DNA of 52,929 nt, from contig CAYGYX010000007.1 in assembly GCA_964354255.1 (NCBI GenBank), forward strand, positions 1 to 52,929, given 5' to 3'. Made by a program: the position numbers and the translations under genes. The notes beneath the pieces were generated by a model, which saw only the letters and a list, made by a program, of their open reading frames with translations, was not told the origin of the DNA and ran no database searches. This document shows positions 1-9,443 of the stretch, piece after piece. Each line of letters begins with the position of its first letter. The first letter of the stretch is position 1. Source of the DNA: an uncultured Acidimicrobiia bacterium. Its GTDB lineage: Bacteria; Actinomycetota; Acidimicrobiia; Spongiisociales; UBA11373.

Positions 1-53
1 AGAGCGCTTGCATGGCATGCAAGAGGCCGGGGGTTCAAATCCCCCCAGCTCCA
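1..53 (+). tRNA. tRNA-Ala(GGC), 5'-truncated by window edge
   Basis: Anticodon arm CTTGC-ATGGCAT-GCAAG, T-loop GGTTCAAATCC, acceptor end AGCTCCA; CCA not encoded. Confidence 0.93.
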
Positions 54-102
54 CCCGCGCACGGCCCGGCGCGCCTGGCGCAGCGCTGCCGTCCCAGCGG
101 GC

Positions 103-1581
103 TCAGGCGGCTCCCTCCGGAGGGATCCCGGCCAGGCGCCTGGCCAGTGACTTCTTGGCCTCGAGGTCCATCTGCCGTCGGATGACCACCCGCTGCGCCT
201 GCGGGGACCCGGCCCCGTGCAGGGACTCCGTCAGGTAGCCGACGGCGTTGCGGCCCAGGGTCATGTTCTCGATCAGGCGCAGCGCCCGCAGGCGGTGCTC
301 GGTGGGCACGTCCTCGCGTCCGCGCAGGTACTTGTCGAGGAGGGGTCCCACCTCAGGGTGCCGCCAGTCCTGCTCGGAAGGCAGGGTGACGACGTTCCCG
401 CCGGCGAGGTCCTGGGCCAGGCGGCCCATCTCGTAAGGGAAGCGGGTGACGTTCTGCTTGCAGACGTTGGCCAAGAGCACGTCGGGTTCCCAGTTGCCGG
501 CGGCCGTGCGATGTCCCTCATGAGAGGCGGCGACGCCGGTGGCGTAGATGGTCTCGTTCAGCTGGGCCATCTCGACCAGCTTGTCGCGGATGTGGGAGGC
601 GCCGGCCACCCCGTTGTGGTCGGCCACCAGGGCGGCCGCCCCGATGAGGACATCGCCGACCCCGGCTTTGCACACGTAGGAGCGCCGGTGGTAGGCGGTG
701 AAGCGCTCGACCAGATCCCCGGCGAACTCGAACTCCCCGTCCAGGAAGACGTGCTCGTAGGGGACGAACACCTCGTCGAAGATCACCAGCGCCTCCTGGC
801 CGGCGAAGCGGGCGTTCCCCACGTCGAGGTCGCCCTCGAGGCTGCGGGAGTCGCACGACTGGCGCCCGTACACGAAGGTGAGGCCGGGGGCAACGACCGG
901 GACGGCGCAGACGACCGCGTAGTCGCGCTCGGCCTCGGCCAGGCGCTGGCCGGGCATCACCAGCAGCCAGTGGGAGTTGACGGCGCCCGTCTGGTGGGCC
1001 TTGGCCCCGCTGAGGTAGAGGCCGCCCTCGTTGCGCCGCACGACCCGGACGAACAGGTCCGGGTCGGCCTGGTCGGCCGGCCCTTTGCTCCGGTCGCCCT
1101 TGACGTCGGTCATCGCCCCGCCGATGACCAGGTTGAGGCGCTGCATCTCGGCCACCCAGGCCCGGAACCGCGGGTGGTAGGCGCTGCCCTGGGCGGCATC
1201 GACGTCGTAGGTGATCGAGAACACCGAGTTGATGGCGTCCATCCCCACGCAGCGCTGGAAGCAGGTGCCGGTGACTTGCCCCAGGCGCCGCTGCATCTTG
1301 CCCTGGGCCACCAGGTCGGCGGGGCTCCCCGCGACGTGGAGGAAACGATTGACCCGTTCCCCGGTGAGGCTCGACTCGGCGGTGGCCAGTTCGAGGTCCT
1401 CGCCGGAAGCGTCGTAGGTGGCGGCCATGGCGTTCACCGAAGGCCGGATCACCGGGTGGTCCACCGGCTCGGGAACGCGTTCACCGAACAGATAGACGAC
1501 GAGGTGGCGGCCGCGCAGGCTCTCGATGTAGTCGGCACCGGTGCGGATGGGCTGGGTGGCCGGATCTCCGGCTGCGGTCAT
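103..1581 (-). CDS. abfD: 4-hydroxybutyryl-CoA dehydratase / vinylacetyl-CoA delta-isomerase (HpaB-fold, FAD/[4Fe-4S])
   Basis: GTCFQRCVGMDA and YHRRSYVCK Fe-S ligand motifs, GAMTDVKGDRSK, GAKAHQTG, ESLHGAGSPQAQR; SD GGGAGG upstream. Confidence 0.85.
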   Translation of the reverse strand: MTAAGDPATQPIRTGADYIESLRGRHLVVYLFGERVPEPVDHPVIRPSVNAMAATYDASGEDLELATAESSLTGERVNRFLHVAGSPADLVAQGKMQRRLGQVTGTCFQRCVGMDAINSVFSITYDVDAAQGSAYHPRFRAWVAEMQRLNLVIGGAMTDVKGDRSKGPADQADPDLFVRVVRRNEGGLYLSGAKAHQTGAVNSHWLLVMPGQRLAEAERDYAVVCAVPVVAPGLTFVYGRQSCDSRSLEGDLDVGNARFAGQEALVIFDEVFVPYEHVFLDGEFEFAGDLVERFTAYHRRSYVCKAGVGDVLIGAAALVADHNGVAGASHIRDKLVEMAQLNETIYATGVAASHEGHRTAAGNWEPDVLLANVCKQNVTRFPYEMGRLAQDLAGGNVVTLPSEQDWRHPEVGPLLDKYLRGREDVPTEHRLRALRLIENMTLGRNAVGYLTESLHGAGSPQAQRVVIRRQMDLEAKKSLARRLAGIPPEGAA

Positions 1582-1643
1582 GGGCGACCCTCCCTCTCGA
1601 ACGGTGATCCTGAGGCAGCCTACCCAGGCGCCGGGGTGCAGCC

Positions 1644-2663
1644 CTAGTGGGCGGCCGGCCCCGCCACCCTCCCCGGGGCGGGGCCGGTGCTGGCGCGGAT
1701 CACAAGCTCTCCGTCCCGGAGAGGGGCCGGGGTCTCCACTGCCTCCCCGGCCATCAACGAGCGCATCATGTGCCAGGCGCGGGCACCGAGGTTGAACCGC
1801 TGCACGGTGACGGTGGTCAGCGGGGGATGGGCGTACCGGGCAAAGAGGATGTCGCCGAAGCCGGTGACCGAGATGTCCTCTGGGATGCGTCGGCCGAGCT
1901 CCTGCAGGCGCGCCATTGCCCCCATGGCAGTGGGGTCACTGGTGGCCAGCAGCGCCGTCGGGTGGTGCTCCAGGGCCTCGTCGACCGCCGCGTAGCCGTC
2001 GGCGAGGGCCGTCCCGGATTGCACCGGGGCGGGCTCGAGGCCGAGAGCGGTCGCGTCCTGCACCGCCTGCCAGCGCTGGCGGCTGGCCCATGAATCGGGA
2101 TCGCCGGCCAGGAAGACCACCCGCCGGTGCCCGAGGTGGGTTACCAGACGGCAGATGTGCATCATCGATGCGTAGATGTCGTGGGTGATCGCCGACGGGC
2201 CCTCTGCGACAGGAAGACGGTTCAGAACCAGGAGGCGGGGGCGGTCGGCGGCCAAGCGCCGCAGTTCGTCCTCCGGCATGCGGGGCGAGCAGAGGATGAC
2301 CCCGTCGACATGGGCGTACAGGGAGGCGGCCAGTTCTGCCTCTGCCTCGGGCCGGTCGTCCGATTCGAGCACCAGCATGTGGTAGTCGTCCTGGGAGGCC
2401 CCGATCCCGATCGCCTTGATCAGCTCGTGGAAGTAGGGGCTGGTCAGCTGGGGGACGAGCACTCCGACCATCCCGGTCTCCCCCGTGGCCAGGCCGCGCG
2501 CCAGCCGGCTGGGCTGGTAGCCGAGCTGCTCGGCGACGGCCCGCACCCGCGCGGCCAGTTCCGGGGAGACCGACCCTCGCTCGCCGATTACCCGGGACAC
2601 AGTGGCGATGGAGACGCCGGCCTCCCGGGCCACGTCGGTGATCGTCACCTTGCCGTGTGCCAC
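1644..2663 (-). CDS. LacI-family transcriptional regulator
   Basis: TITDVAREAGVSIATVSRV HTH, hinge ARGLA, SVTGFGD and PPLTTV motifs; GTG start at 2663 with GGAGA SD (ORF track starts 30 nt earlier). Confidence 0.93.
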   Translation of the reverse strand: MAHGKVTITDVAREAGVSIATVSRVIGERGSVSPELAARVRAVAEQLGYQPSRLARGLATGETGMVGVLVPQLTSPYFHELIKAIGIGASQDDYHMLVLESDDRPEAEAELAASLYAHVDGVILCSPRMPEDELRRLAADRPRLLVLNRLPVAEGPSAITHDIYASMMHICRLVTHLGHRRVVFLAGDPDSWASRQRWQAVQDATALGLEPAPVQSGTALADGYAAVDEALEHHPTALLATSDPTAMGAMARLQELGRRIPEDISVTGFGDILFARYAHPPLTTVTVQRFNLGARAWHMMRSLMAGEAVETPAPLRDGELVIRASTGPAPGRVAGPAAH

Positions 2664-3059
2664 CTGCTTCTCCCTGGTGCGACGCCTGCCCACCGGTCCC
2701 GCCGACTGCCGGGGGTGGGTGTACCAGACTGTGCCGCCGCGTCCGGAGGCTACGACCCTTCGAGTCTCGGCGGCCGTCCCTCCCCGGTGGCGGCCAATCC
2801 CGTCGAGAGTGGCGGCATGTTATCAGGCGCGATTGGCAGCACTTCCCGGCACCTCCGCCCAATCCGGAGCGCTTCGGCGAAAGCGGCGGTGAGGATCCCG
2901 CCCTGGGGTTGCGGGCCGGCGATGGGCTGGCCGGGCGCGGAGCACCCGCCGGGCGGTATCGTCACCGGAGGGCGCCGAGAGCCGTTTGGAAGTCGCGCCG
3001 CGCCCTCAGGGGGGCCGGTGCGCCGGTGGTACGCTGCCGCCCGCCTCCAGGGGACGGAT

Positions 3060-5801
3060 GTGGCCGGGTACGACCATCGCACCATCGAGAGCAAGTGGCA
3101 GCGCCGCTGGGCCGACCAGGGCACCTTCCGGGTGGCCAACCCCGGGGAGGCCGGCTTCGACGCCTCCCGCCCCAAGCTCTACGTGCTCGACATGTTCCCT
3201 TATCCCTCCGGGGAAGGCCTGCACGTTGGGCACCCCCTCGGCTACATAGCCACCGACATCTATTCCCGCTTCCAACGCATGCGGGGCCGCAGTGTCCTGC
3301 ACCCGATGGGCTTCGACGCTTTCGGCCTCCCCGCCGAGCAGTACGCCGTGGAGACCGGCGTCCACCCTCGCGTCACCACCGAGCGCAACATCGTCACCTT
3401 CGAGCGGCAGTTGCGCGCCTTCGGCTTCTCCTACGACTGGGACCGGCGCCTGGCCACCACGGATCCCGGCTACGTCCGCTGGACCCAATGGATCTTCCTC
3501 CGCCTCTTCGAATCGTGGTTCGACCCGGAGCAGGGCAGTGCCCGGCCCGTCTCCGAACTGGAGGCGGCGCTGGTCGCCGGGGAGCGCCTGGCCGATGGGC
3601 GCCCCTGGGGGGCGCTCGATGAGGCGGGGCGGCGGTCCTACCTCGACGGCCAGCGCCTCGCCTATATCGACGAGGTGTCGGTGAACTGGTGCCCCGGGCT
3701 GGGCACGGTGCTGGCCAACGAGGAAGTGACCCGGGAGGGGCGCTCCGAGCGGGGCGACTTCCCGGTGTACCGGCGCCCGCTGCGCCAGTGGATGCTGCGC
3801 ATCACCGCCTACGCCGAACGCCTCCTCGCCGACCTCGATCTCGTTGATTGGCCCGAGTCGATCAAGGCGATGCAGCGCAACTGGATCGGGCGCAGCGAAG
3901 GGGCCCGGGTCGTCTTCCCGGTCGCCGGGGTCGCTGAGGTCATCGAGGTCTTCACCACCCGTCCCGACACCCTGTTCGGGGCTACCTACATGGTGCTGGC
4001 CCCGGAGCATCCGCTGGTGGGCGCCATCATCCCCGACGCGTGGCCCGAGGGGACGCCGCCGGGGTGGACCGGAGGGAGGGCCACTCCCGGGGAGGCGGTG
4101 GCGGAGTACCTGCGGCAGGCATCGCGGCGGTCGGAACTGGAGCGGCAGGCCGAGGCCCGGGAGAAGACCGGTGTGTTCGTCGGGCGCTTCGCCGTCAACC
4201 CGGTCAACGGCGCCCAGATCCCGGTGTTCATCGCCGACTATGTGCTCATGGGCTACGGGACCGGGGCCATCATGGCGGTCCCCGGCCAGGACGAGCGCGA
4301 CTGGGAGTTCGCCGAGGTGTTCGGCCTGCCCATCGTGCGCACCGTGCAGCCCCCGCCAGGGTGGGAGGGCGAGGCCTACCTAGGCGACGGCCCCGCCGTC
4401 AACAGCGGGTTCCTGGATGGGCTCTGGGTGGGGGAGGCCAAGCCCCGGATGACCGCCTGGTTGGAGGAGCGCGGCCTGGGCAGCGGGGCGATCACCTACA
4501 GACTGCGCGACTGGCTCTTCAGCCGGCAGCGCTACTGGGGAGAGCCGATCCCGATCCTCCACGGCCCCGGCGGTGAGCTGCGCCCCCTGAGCGACGACCA
4601 GCTGCCGCTGCTCCTCCCCGAGATCGAGGACTACCGCCCCCGCACCGACCTCCCCGACGACGCCGAGCCGGAGCCGGCCCTGGGCCGCGCTCCCGAGCAG
4701 TGGAAGCGGGTGACCCTCGACGGCGTCGCCTACCGCCGCGAGCTCAACACGATGCCGCAATGGGCCGGCTCCTGCTGGTACTACCTGCGCTTCTGCGATC
4801 CCCACAACGAGTTGGCCCTGGTGGGTGGGGAGGCGGAGCGGTACTGGATGGGGGAGCGGGGGGTGGACCTCTACGTGGGCGGGGTCGAGCACGCCGTGCT
4901 CCACCTCCTCTACGCTCGCTTCTGGCACAAGGTGCTCTACGACCTGGGCCACGTCTCCACGCCGGAGCCCTTCGGGCGCCTCTTCAACCAGGGGTACATC
5001 CTGGCCGACGCCTTCCAGGACGAGCGCGGTGTCTACGTGCCCGCCGCCGAGGTGGTGGAAGAAGGCGGGAACTCCCATTACCGGGGACGGCCGGTGACCA
5101 GGAGCCACGGGAAGATGGGGAAGTCGCTGCGCAACTCGGTGAGCCCCGACGAGGTGTTCGCCGAGTACGGCGTCGACACCCTGCGCCTCTACGAGATGTT
5201 CATGGGCCCCCTCGACGCTTCCAAGCCCTGGACCACCCGGGACATCGTCGGGGTCCACCGCTTCGTCCTGCGCCTGTGGCGGAGTCTGGTCGATCCCGAC
5301 TCCGGGAAGGTGCTGGTGAGCGAGGAGGAGCCCCGGGCCGAGCTGCGCGCCCTCACCCACCGCACCGTTGCGGCCGTCACCGCCGACCTGGAGGCGCTGC
5401 GCTTCAACACCGCGGTGGCCCGTTTCTTCGAACTGAACAACGCCCTGGTGGGCGAGGAGAGGGTCCCCCGGGTGGTGGCTGAGACGTTCGCGCGGCTCGT
5501 CGCCCCCTTCGCCCCGCACCTGTGCGAGGAACTGTGGGAACTCTTGGGCCACTCGGAGTCGGTGGCCTTCGCCCCCTGGCCCGAGTTCGACCCCGCCCTG
5601 GCTGCCGAGGAGACGGTGATCCTGGTAGTGCAGGTGAACGGCAAGGTGCGCGATCGCATCCCGGTCCCGACCGGCATCTCGGCGGAGGAGGCACAGGCCC
5701 GGGCGCTGGCTTCCGAGAAGGTGCTGCCGTACCTGAAGGGGAGTGCCCCGGCACGGGTGGTGGCTCGTCCCCCCGGGCTGGTCAACATCGTGGCGCCGTG
5801 A
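3060..5801 (+). CDS. leuS: Leucine--tRNA ligase
   Basis: LDMFPYPSGEGLHVGH (HIGH), GKMGKS (KMSKS-like), editing domain FTTRPDT and GTGAIMAVP; GTG start at 3060 inside ORF 2127..5801. Confidence 0.97.
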   Translation: MAGYDHRTIESKWQRRWADQGTFRVANPGEAGFDASRPKLYVLDMFPYPSGEGLHVGHPLGYIATDIYSRFQRMRGRSVLHPMGFDAFGLPAEQYAVETGVHPRVTTERNIVTFERQLRAFGFSYDWDRRLATTDPGYVRWTQWIFLRLFESWFDPEQGSARPVSELEAALVAGERLADGRPWGALDEAGRRSYLDGQRLAYIDEVSVNWCPGLGTVLANEEVTREGRSERGDFPVYRRPLRQWMLRITAYAERLLADLDLVDWPESIKAMQRNWIGRSEGARVVFPVAGVAEVIEVFTTRPDTLFGATYMVLAPEHPLVGAIIPDAWPEGTPPGWTGGRATPGEAVAEYLRQASRRSELERQAEAREKTGVFVGRFAVNPVNGAQIPVFIADYVLMGYGTGAIMAVPGQDERDWEFAEVFGLPIVRTVQPPPGWEGEAYLGDGPAVNSGFLDGLWVGEAKPRMTAWLEERGLGSGAITYRLRDWLFSRQRYWGEPIPILHGPGGELRPLSDDQLPLLLPEIEDYRPRTDLPDDAEPEPALGRAPEQWKRVTLDGVAYRRELNTMPQWAGSCWYYLRFCDPHNELALVGGEAERYWMGERGVDLYVGGVEHAVLHLLYARFWHKVLYDLGHVSTPEPFGRLFNQGYILADAFQDERGVYVPAAEVVEEGGNSHYRGRPVTRSHGKMGKSLRNSVSPDEVFAEYGVDTLRLYEMFMGPLDASKPWTTRDIVGVHRFVLRLWRSLVDPDSGKVLVSEEEPRAELRALTHRTVAAVTADLEALRFNTAVARFFELNNALVGEERVPRVVAETFARLVAPFAPHLCEELWELLGHSESVAFAPWPEFDPALAAEETVILVVQVNGKVRDRIPVPTGISAEEAQARALASEKVLPYLKGSAPARVVARPPGLVNIVAP

Positions 5802-6529
5802 TCCTTCCCCCCGCCTGGGGAGAAGGGGAGGCGGCCGACGGGCCTTCCTCGATCGGGCAGGCGGGGCCGTGGAAGGTGAGCCACGCGGTGGTGGCCTTCG
5901 CCGCCGGCCTCGGCGCATCGCTGCTGGCCGCCGTCGCGGTGGCGTCGGGTGGGATCACCTCCTTTGAGGCCTTCGCGGTGGTAGGCCCAGCCCAGGCTCT
6001 GGCCACCATCGCCGTCGTGGCGCTGCTCGGGCGGCTCTCTCGGCCCCGACGGGAGGGCCTCGGCCTCCGCTTCGCCTTGGCCGACGCCTGGGGCCTGTTG
6101 GCGGGGGCCGGGCTGCAGATCGCCCTCTCCCTGGTCCTGTCTCTCGTGGTGGTCGTGTTCTTCAGTGGCGAGGCCCCGGTGCAGGAGGTCGTCCAGGTCG
6201 TTGACGAAGCGGCGGGGCTGGGCACTCGAGTGGCGGTCGTGGCCACCGCCGTGGTCCTCGTCCCGCTGGCGGAGGAACTGGTCTTCCGGGGGATCCTGCT
6301 GCGAGCCCTCGCCCGCCGCTACCCGTCCTGGGTGGCCATCCTCGGGTCGGCGGGCGCCTTCGCCCTGGGGCACCTGCTCGACCCCAACGCCGGCCTGGCG
6401 GTCCCCGCCCTGTTCGTGATGGGACTGGTGCTCGCCCGCCAGGTCCTGGCAAGCGGCCGCCTGGGTGGGGCGGTGGCCATGCACGCCGGCTTCAATCTCC
6501 TTTCCGTGCTGCTCCTGTTCATGGCCTGA
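5798..6529 (+). CDS. CPBP family intramembrane glutamic endopeptidase (CAAX protease/Abi-like)
   Basis: EELVFRG, FALGH and HAGFN motifs; multiple TM helices; GTGA overlap with leuS stop. Confidence 0.88.
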   Translation: MILPPAWGEGEAADGPSSIGQAGPWKVSHAVVAFAAGLGASLLAAVAVASGGITSFEAFAVVGPAQALATIAVVALLGRLSRPRREGLGLRFALADAWGLLAGAGLQIALSLVLSLVVVVFFSGEAPVQEVVQVVDEAAGLGTRVAVVATAVVLVPLAEELVFRGILLRALARRYPSWVAILGSAGAFALGHLLDPNAGLAVPALFVMGLVLARQVLASGRLGGAVAMHAGFNLLSVLLLFMA

Positions 6530-6635
6530 GGCGACGGGATCCGTCGGGCCGGGCCCGGTCGTCACCGAGGCGAGGGTCTTCCACCGGGGCCTCCGGCGTG
6601 ATAGGTGGGAGCCGCCGATCGTGGAGGCTGCCGTC

Positions 6636-7172
6636 GTGGAGCGCCCGCAGTGGATCGCCGCCGCCCTGGTACTGGCGGCCGCCGCCGCGGCCGGCCTCTG
6701 GTACGCCGGGCGCGCCCCGGCCGCGCCTCCGGTGGCGGTCGACCCGGACGGCGGGGAGGGGCGGGTCATCACCGTGCACGTCGCCGGGGCCGTGCGGTCG
6801 CCGGGGGTGGTCGAGGTGGCCGCCGACTGCCGGGTGGGCGACGCCATCGCCGCCGCCGGTGGGGTGCTTCCCGACGCCGACCTGGCCCGGGTCAACCTGG
6901 CGGCCCCGCTCGCCGACGGGCAGCAGGTGCTGGTGCCGGCCACCTCGGCGGATGCGGCGGGCGCCGTCGCCGGGGATGGCCGGGTGCGCATCAACCTCGC
7001 CGGCGTCGACGAACTGGAGGCGCTGCCTGGGGTGGGGCCGGTGCTCGCCGAGCGCATCGTGGCCTACCGCGAGGAGCACGGGTCCTTCTCCGTGGTGGAG
7101 GACCTGCTCGATGTGCCCGGCATCGGTGAGGCGAAGCTGGCGGCCCTCCGGGAGGCGGTGCTGGTGCCCTGA
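6636..7172 (+). CDS. comEA: ComEA family DNA-binding/uptake protein (TM, SLBB, HhH)
   Basis: ITVHVAGAVRSPGVV SLBB, VNLAAPLADGQQVLVP, RININ..LEALPGVGPVLAERI..GIGEAKL HhH; GGAGG SD before GTG 6636. Confidence 0.92.
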   Translation: MERPQWIAAALVLAAAAAAGLWYAGRAPAAPPVAVDPDGGEGRVITVHVAGAVRSPGVVEVAADCRVGDAIAAAGGVLPDADLARVNLAAPLADGQQVLVPATSADAAGAVAGDGRVRINLAGVDELEALPGVGPVLAERIVAYREEHGSFSVVEDLLDVPGIGEAKLAALREAVLVP

Positions 7173-7312
7173 GAAGCCGCGCCGGCCGACCGGCACCCGG
7201 TGGCCAGGTCGGCCTTTCTCCCGTCGGCCGGCTTGCCGATCGTCTGCGGCTGCCGTCGGGGCCCGGGGCTGCCGCCTGCGGTGCAGCCGTCCTCGCCTGG
7301 GCGGGAGCGACG

Positions 7313-9376
7313 GTGGGGGCTCGTTCGTTCCCCGCCGCGCTCGGCCTGGCCGGCGCCGCCGCCTGGTGTCGGGCCCGCCTGCGGCGAGGGGCCTGGCCGG
7401 TGGTGGCGGCCGTGGTCGTTGCCGCCGCGGTGTCGGGGGCCCTGGCCGGCGAGCGGGAGCGGGCCACCCTGGAGGCGGTGGTGCCGTCGGGCAGGCTGAC
7501 CGTGGCCGGCCTCGCCGCCGACGATGCGGTGCCCCTTGCCGAAGGGGAGCGCTTCACCCTGCAGCCGAGCCACCTAGTGGTCGAGGGGCGTTGGCGATCC
7601 TGGCCGGGGCCGCGGCTGGCGGTGACCGGGCCCGCGACGGGGGTGGCAGCCGGGGAGCGGGTGCTGGTCACGGGTGCCGCCATCGCCGATTCGTTCCCGA
7701 CCGGTTCCGGGGTGGTGGCCGGGCGCCTCGCCGCCCGATCGGTGGAGCGCCTCGGCCCCGCCGCCGATCCCCTGTTCGCTACGGGGAACCTCCTGCGGCG
7801 CCGGGTGCTGGAGGGAGTGGCCGAATTCGAGGACCGCCCGGCCGCCGCCCTGCTACTGGGCTTCCTCATCGGCGACGAGACCGGCCTCCCCGACCCGGAT
7901 AGGGAGGCGCTGCGCCTGTCCGGCCTGAGCCACTTCGTGGCGGTGTCGGGCAGCAACGTGGCGCTCTTCCTCACCGCCTGGTGGCTGGCCTCCGGCCCGT
8001 TGGGATGGGGCCCGCGCCGCCGGGCCCTGCTCGGCCTGATCGGCCTGGCGGTGTTCGTGGTGGTGACCCGGTGGGAGCCGTCGGTGGTGCGGGCGGCCAC
8101 CATGGCCGGCCTCGTGCTCGGGGGGCGGCTGGCCGGGGTTGCGCTCGACGGCTGGGCGGCCTTGGGCGGGGCGGTCACCCTGCTCCTGCTGGTCTCCGGC
8201 GACCTGGCCGGCGACCCCGGGTTCCAGCTCTCGGTGGCCGCCACCGCCGGGGTGCTCGCCGGGAGTCGGCTCTTCGCGGGGCGACGGCCCCGGTGGGCCT
8301 GGACGGCGCTGGGGGCGACCGTCTCCGCCCAGGCGGCGGTGGCCCCCTTGCTGCTGGTCCTATTTGGGTCGGTCCCCCTCTTCGCCCCGCTCACCAATGT
8401 GGCTGCGGCCCCCCTGGTGGCCCTCTCCACCGCCACCGGTGGGGTGGGGGTGGTGATCGGGGCCACCCCCCTCACCGGGGTTGCCCTGCTGGCGGCCGAT
8501 GCCGTGCTCGGGGTGGCCCACTTCGGCCGGGACCTGCCGCAGCTGGGATGGGCCGGGTTGCTGGCGGTCGCCGCCGCCGGGGCCCTGGCCACGCTGCCCC
8601 GGCTACGGCCGCTCGTGGCCCTGGGCGGGGTGCTGGCGGTGGGGGCGGCCACCGTGCTGCCCGCTCATCTCCCCTCGCATCCCGAAGTCGTCTTCCTCGA
8701 CGTGGGCCAGGGCGACGCCATCTTGCTGCGCGGCCCCTCCGGCGAGGTGGTGCTGGTGGATGGTGGGCCGGACCCGGCCGTCCTCCGCCGCGCCCTCCTG
8801 GGGAGGGGCATCCGGCGCATCGACCTGCTGGTGGCCACCCACGGCCACGAGGATCACCTGGCCGGCCTGGCCGGCATCGGGCAGTGGGCGGTGGTGGGCC
8901 GGATGTGGCATTCCGGCGACGGGGGAGAGGCGCTGGAGTCGCTGGTCGCGGAGATGGAGGCGGCGGGGGTGCCGGTGGAGGTGCCCGGCCCGGGGTGGGA
9001 AGCGGAGGTGGGTGCTTTCCATCTCGAGGTGCTCGGCCCGGTGCGGCGCTATGCCTCCCCCAACGACGGCTCCTTGGTGCTGCTGGTGACCGCGGCCGGG
9101 GCCACGGTGCTGCTCCCCGGGGACATTGAGGCCATCGCCCAGGCCGACCTGGGCCCGCTGGCGGCCGACGTGCTCAAGGTCCCTCACCAGGGGGCAGCCA
9201 CCAGCGACCTCCGCTGGCTGGCAGCCTGCGCCCCGCAAGTGGCGGTGATCATCGTCGGCCCCAACGACTTCGGCCACCCTGCTGTGGAGGTGGTAGCGGC
9301 CCTGGAGGCGGCCGGGGCGGCGGTGCGCCGCACCGACCTGGAAGGGGATGTGGTCATCACGCTGGGGAGAGGGTGA
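7313..9376 (+). CDS. comEC: ComEC/Rec2 competence channel with C-terminal metallo-beta-lactamase domain
   Basis: GLSHFVAVSGSNV, SVVRAATM, FQLSV..T, FLDVGQGDA, THGHEDH; the frame stays open and hydrophobic upstream, so the true start may be earlier. Confidence 0.93.
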   Translation: MGARSFPAALGLAGAAAWCRARLRRGAWPVVAAVVVAAAVSGALAGERERATLEAVVPSGRLTVAGLAADDAVPLAEGERFTLQPSHLVVEGRWRSWPGPRLAVTGPATGVAAGERVLVTGAAIADSFPTGSGVVAGRLAARSVERLGPAADPLFATGNLLRRRVLEGVAEFEDRPAAALLLGFLIGDETGLPDPDREALRLSGLSHFVAVSGSNVALFLTAWWLASGPLGWGPRRRALLGLIGLAVFVVVTRWEPSVVRAATMAGLVLGGRLAGVALDGWAALGGAVTLLLLVSGDLAGDPGFQLSVAATAGVLAGSRLFAGRRPRWAWTALGATVSAQAAVAPLLLVLFGSVPLFAPLTNVAAAPLVALSTATGGVGVVIGATPLTGVALLAADAVLGVAHFGRDLPQLGWAGLLAVAAAGALATLPRLRPLVALGGVLAVGAATVLPAHLPSHPEVVFLDVGQGDAILLRGPSGEVVLVDGGPDPAVLRRALLGRGIRRIDLLVATHGHEDHLAGLAGIGQWAVVGRMWHSGDGGEALESLVAEMEAAGVPVEVPGPGWEAEVGAFHLEVLGPVRRYASPNDGSLVLLVTAAGATVLLPGDIEAIAQADLGPLAADVLKVPHQGAATSDLRWLAACAPQVAVIIVGPNDFGHPAVEVVAALEAAGAAVRRTDLEGDVVITLGRG

Positions 9377-9443
9377 GGTGCGATCCTGAGGAGCAGCGCC
9401 GCCGCCCGGAGCACCTGTCACCGGGCCGCGCTACGGTGCCGCC

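Noticed and set aside
103-1581. 4-hydroxyphenylacetate 3-monooxygenase (HpaB)
   Set aside because: Same fold, but the Fe-S Cys/His ligands specific to AbfD are present and no flavin reductase is adjacent.
2127-3059. 311-aa N-terminal extension of LeuS
   Set aside because: It overlaps lacI antisense and intergenic DNA; homology and the promoter point to GTG 3060.
2700-3059. T-box or riboswitch ahead of leuS (also checked ahead of glyQS)
   Set aside because: No T-box AGGGTGGNACCGCG or specifier-stem motifs found.
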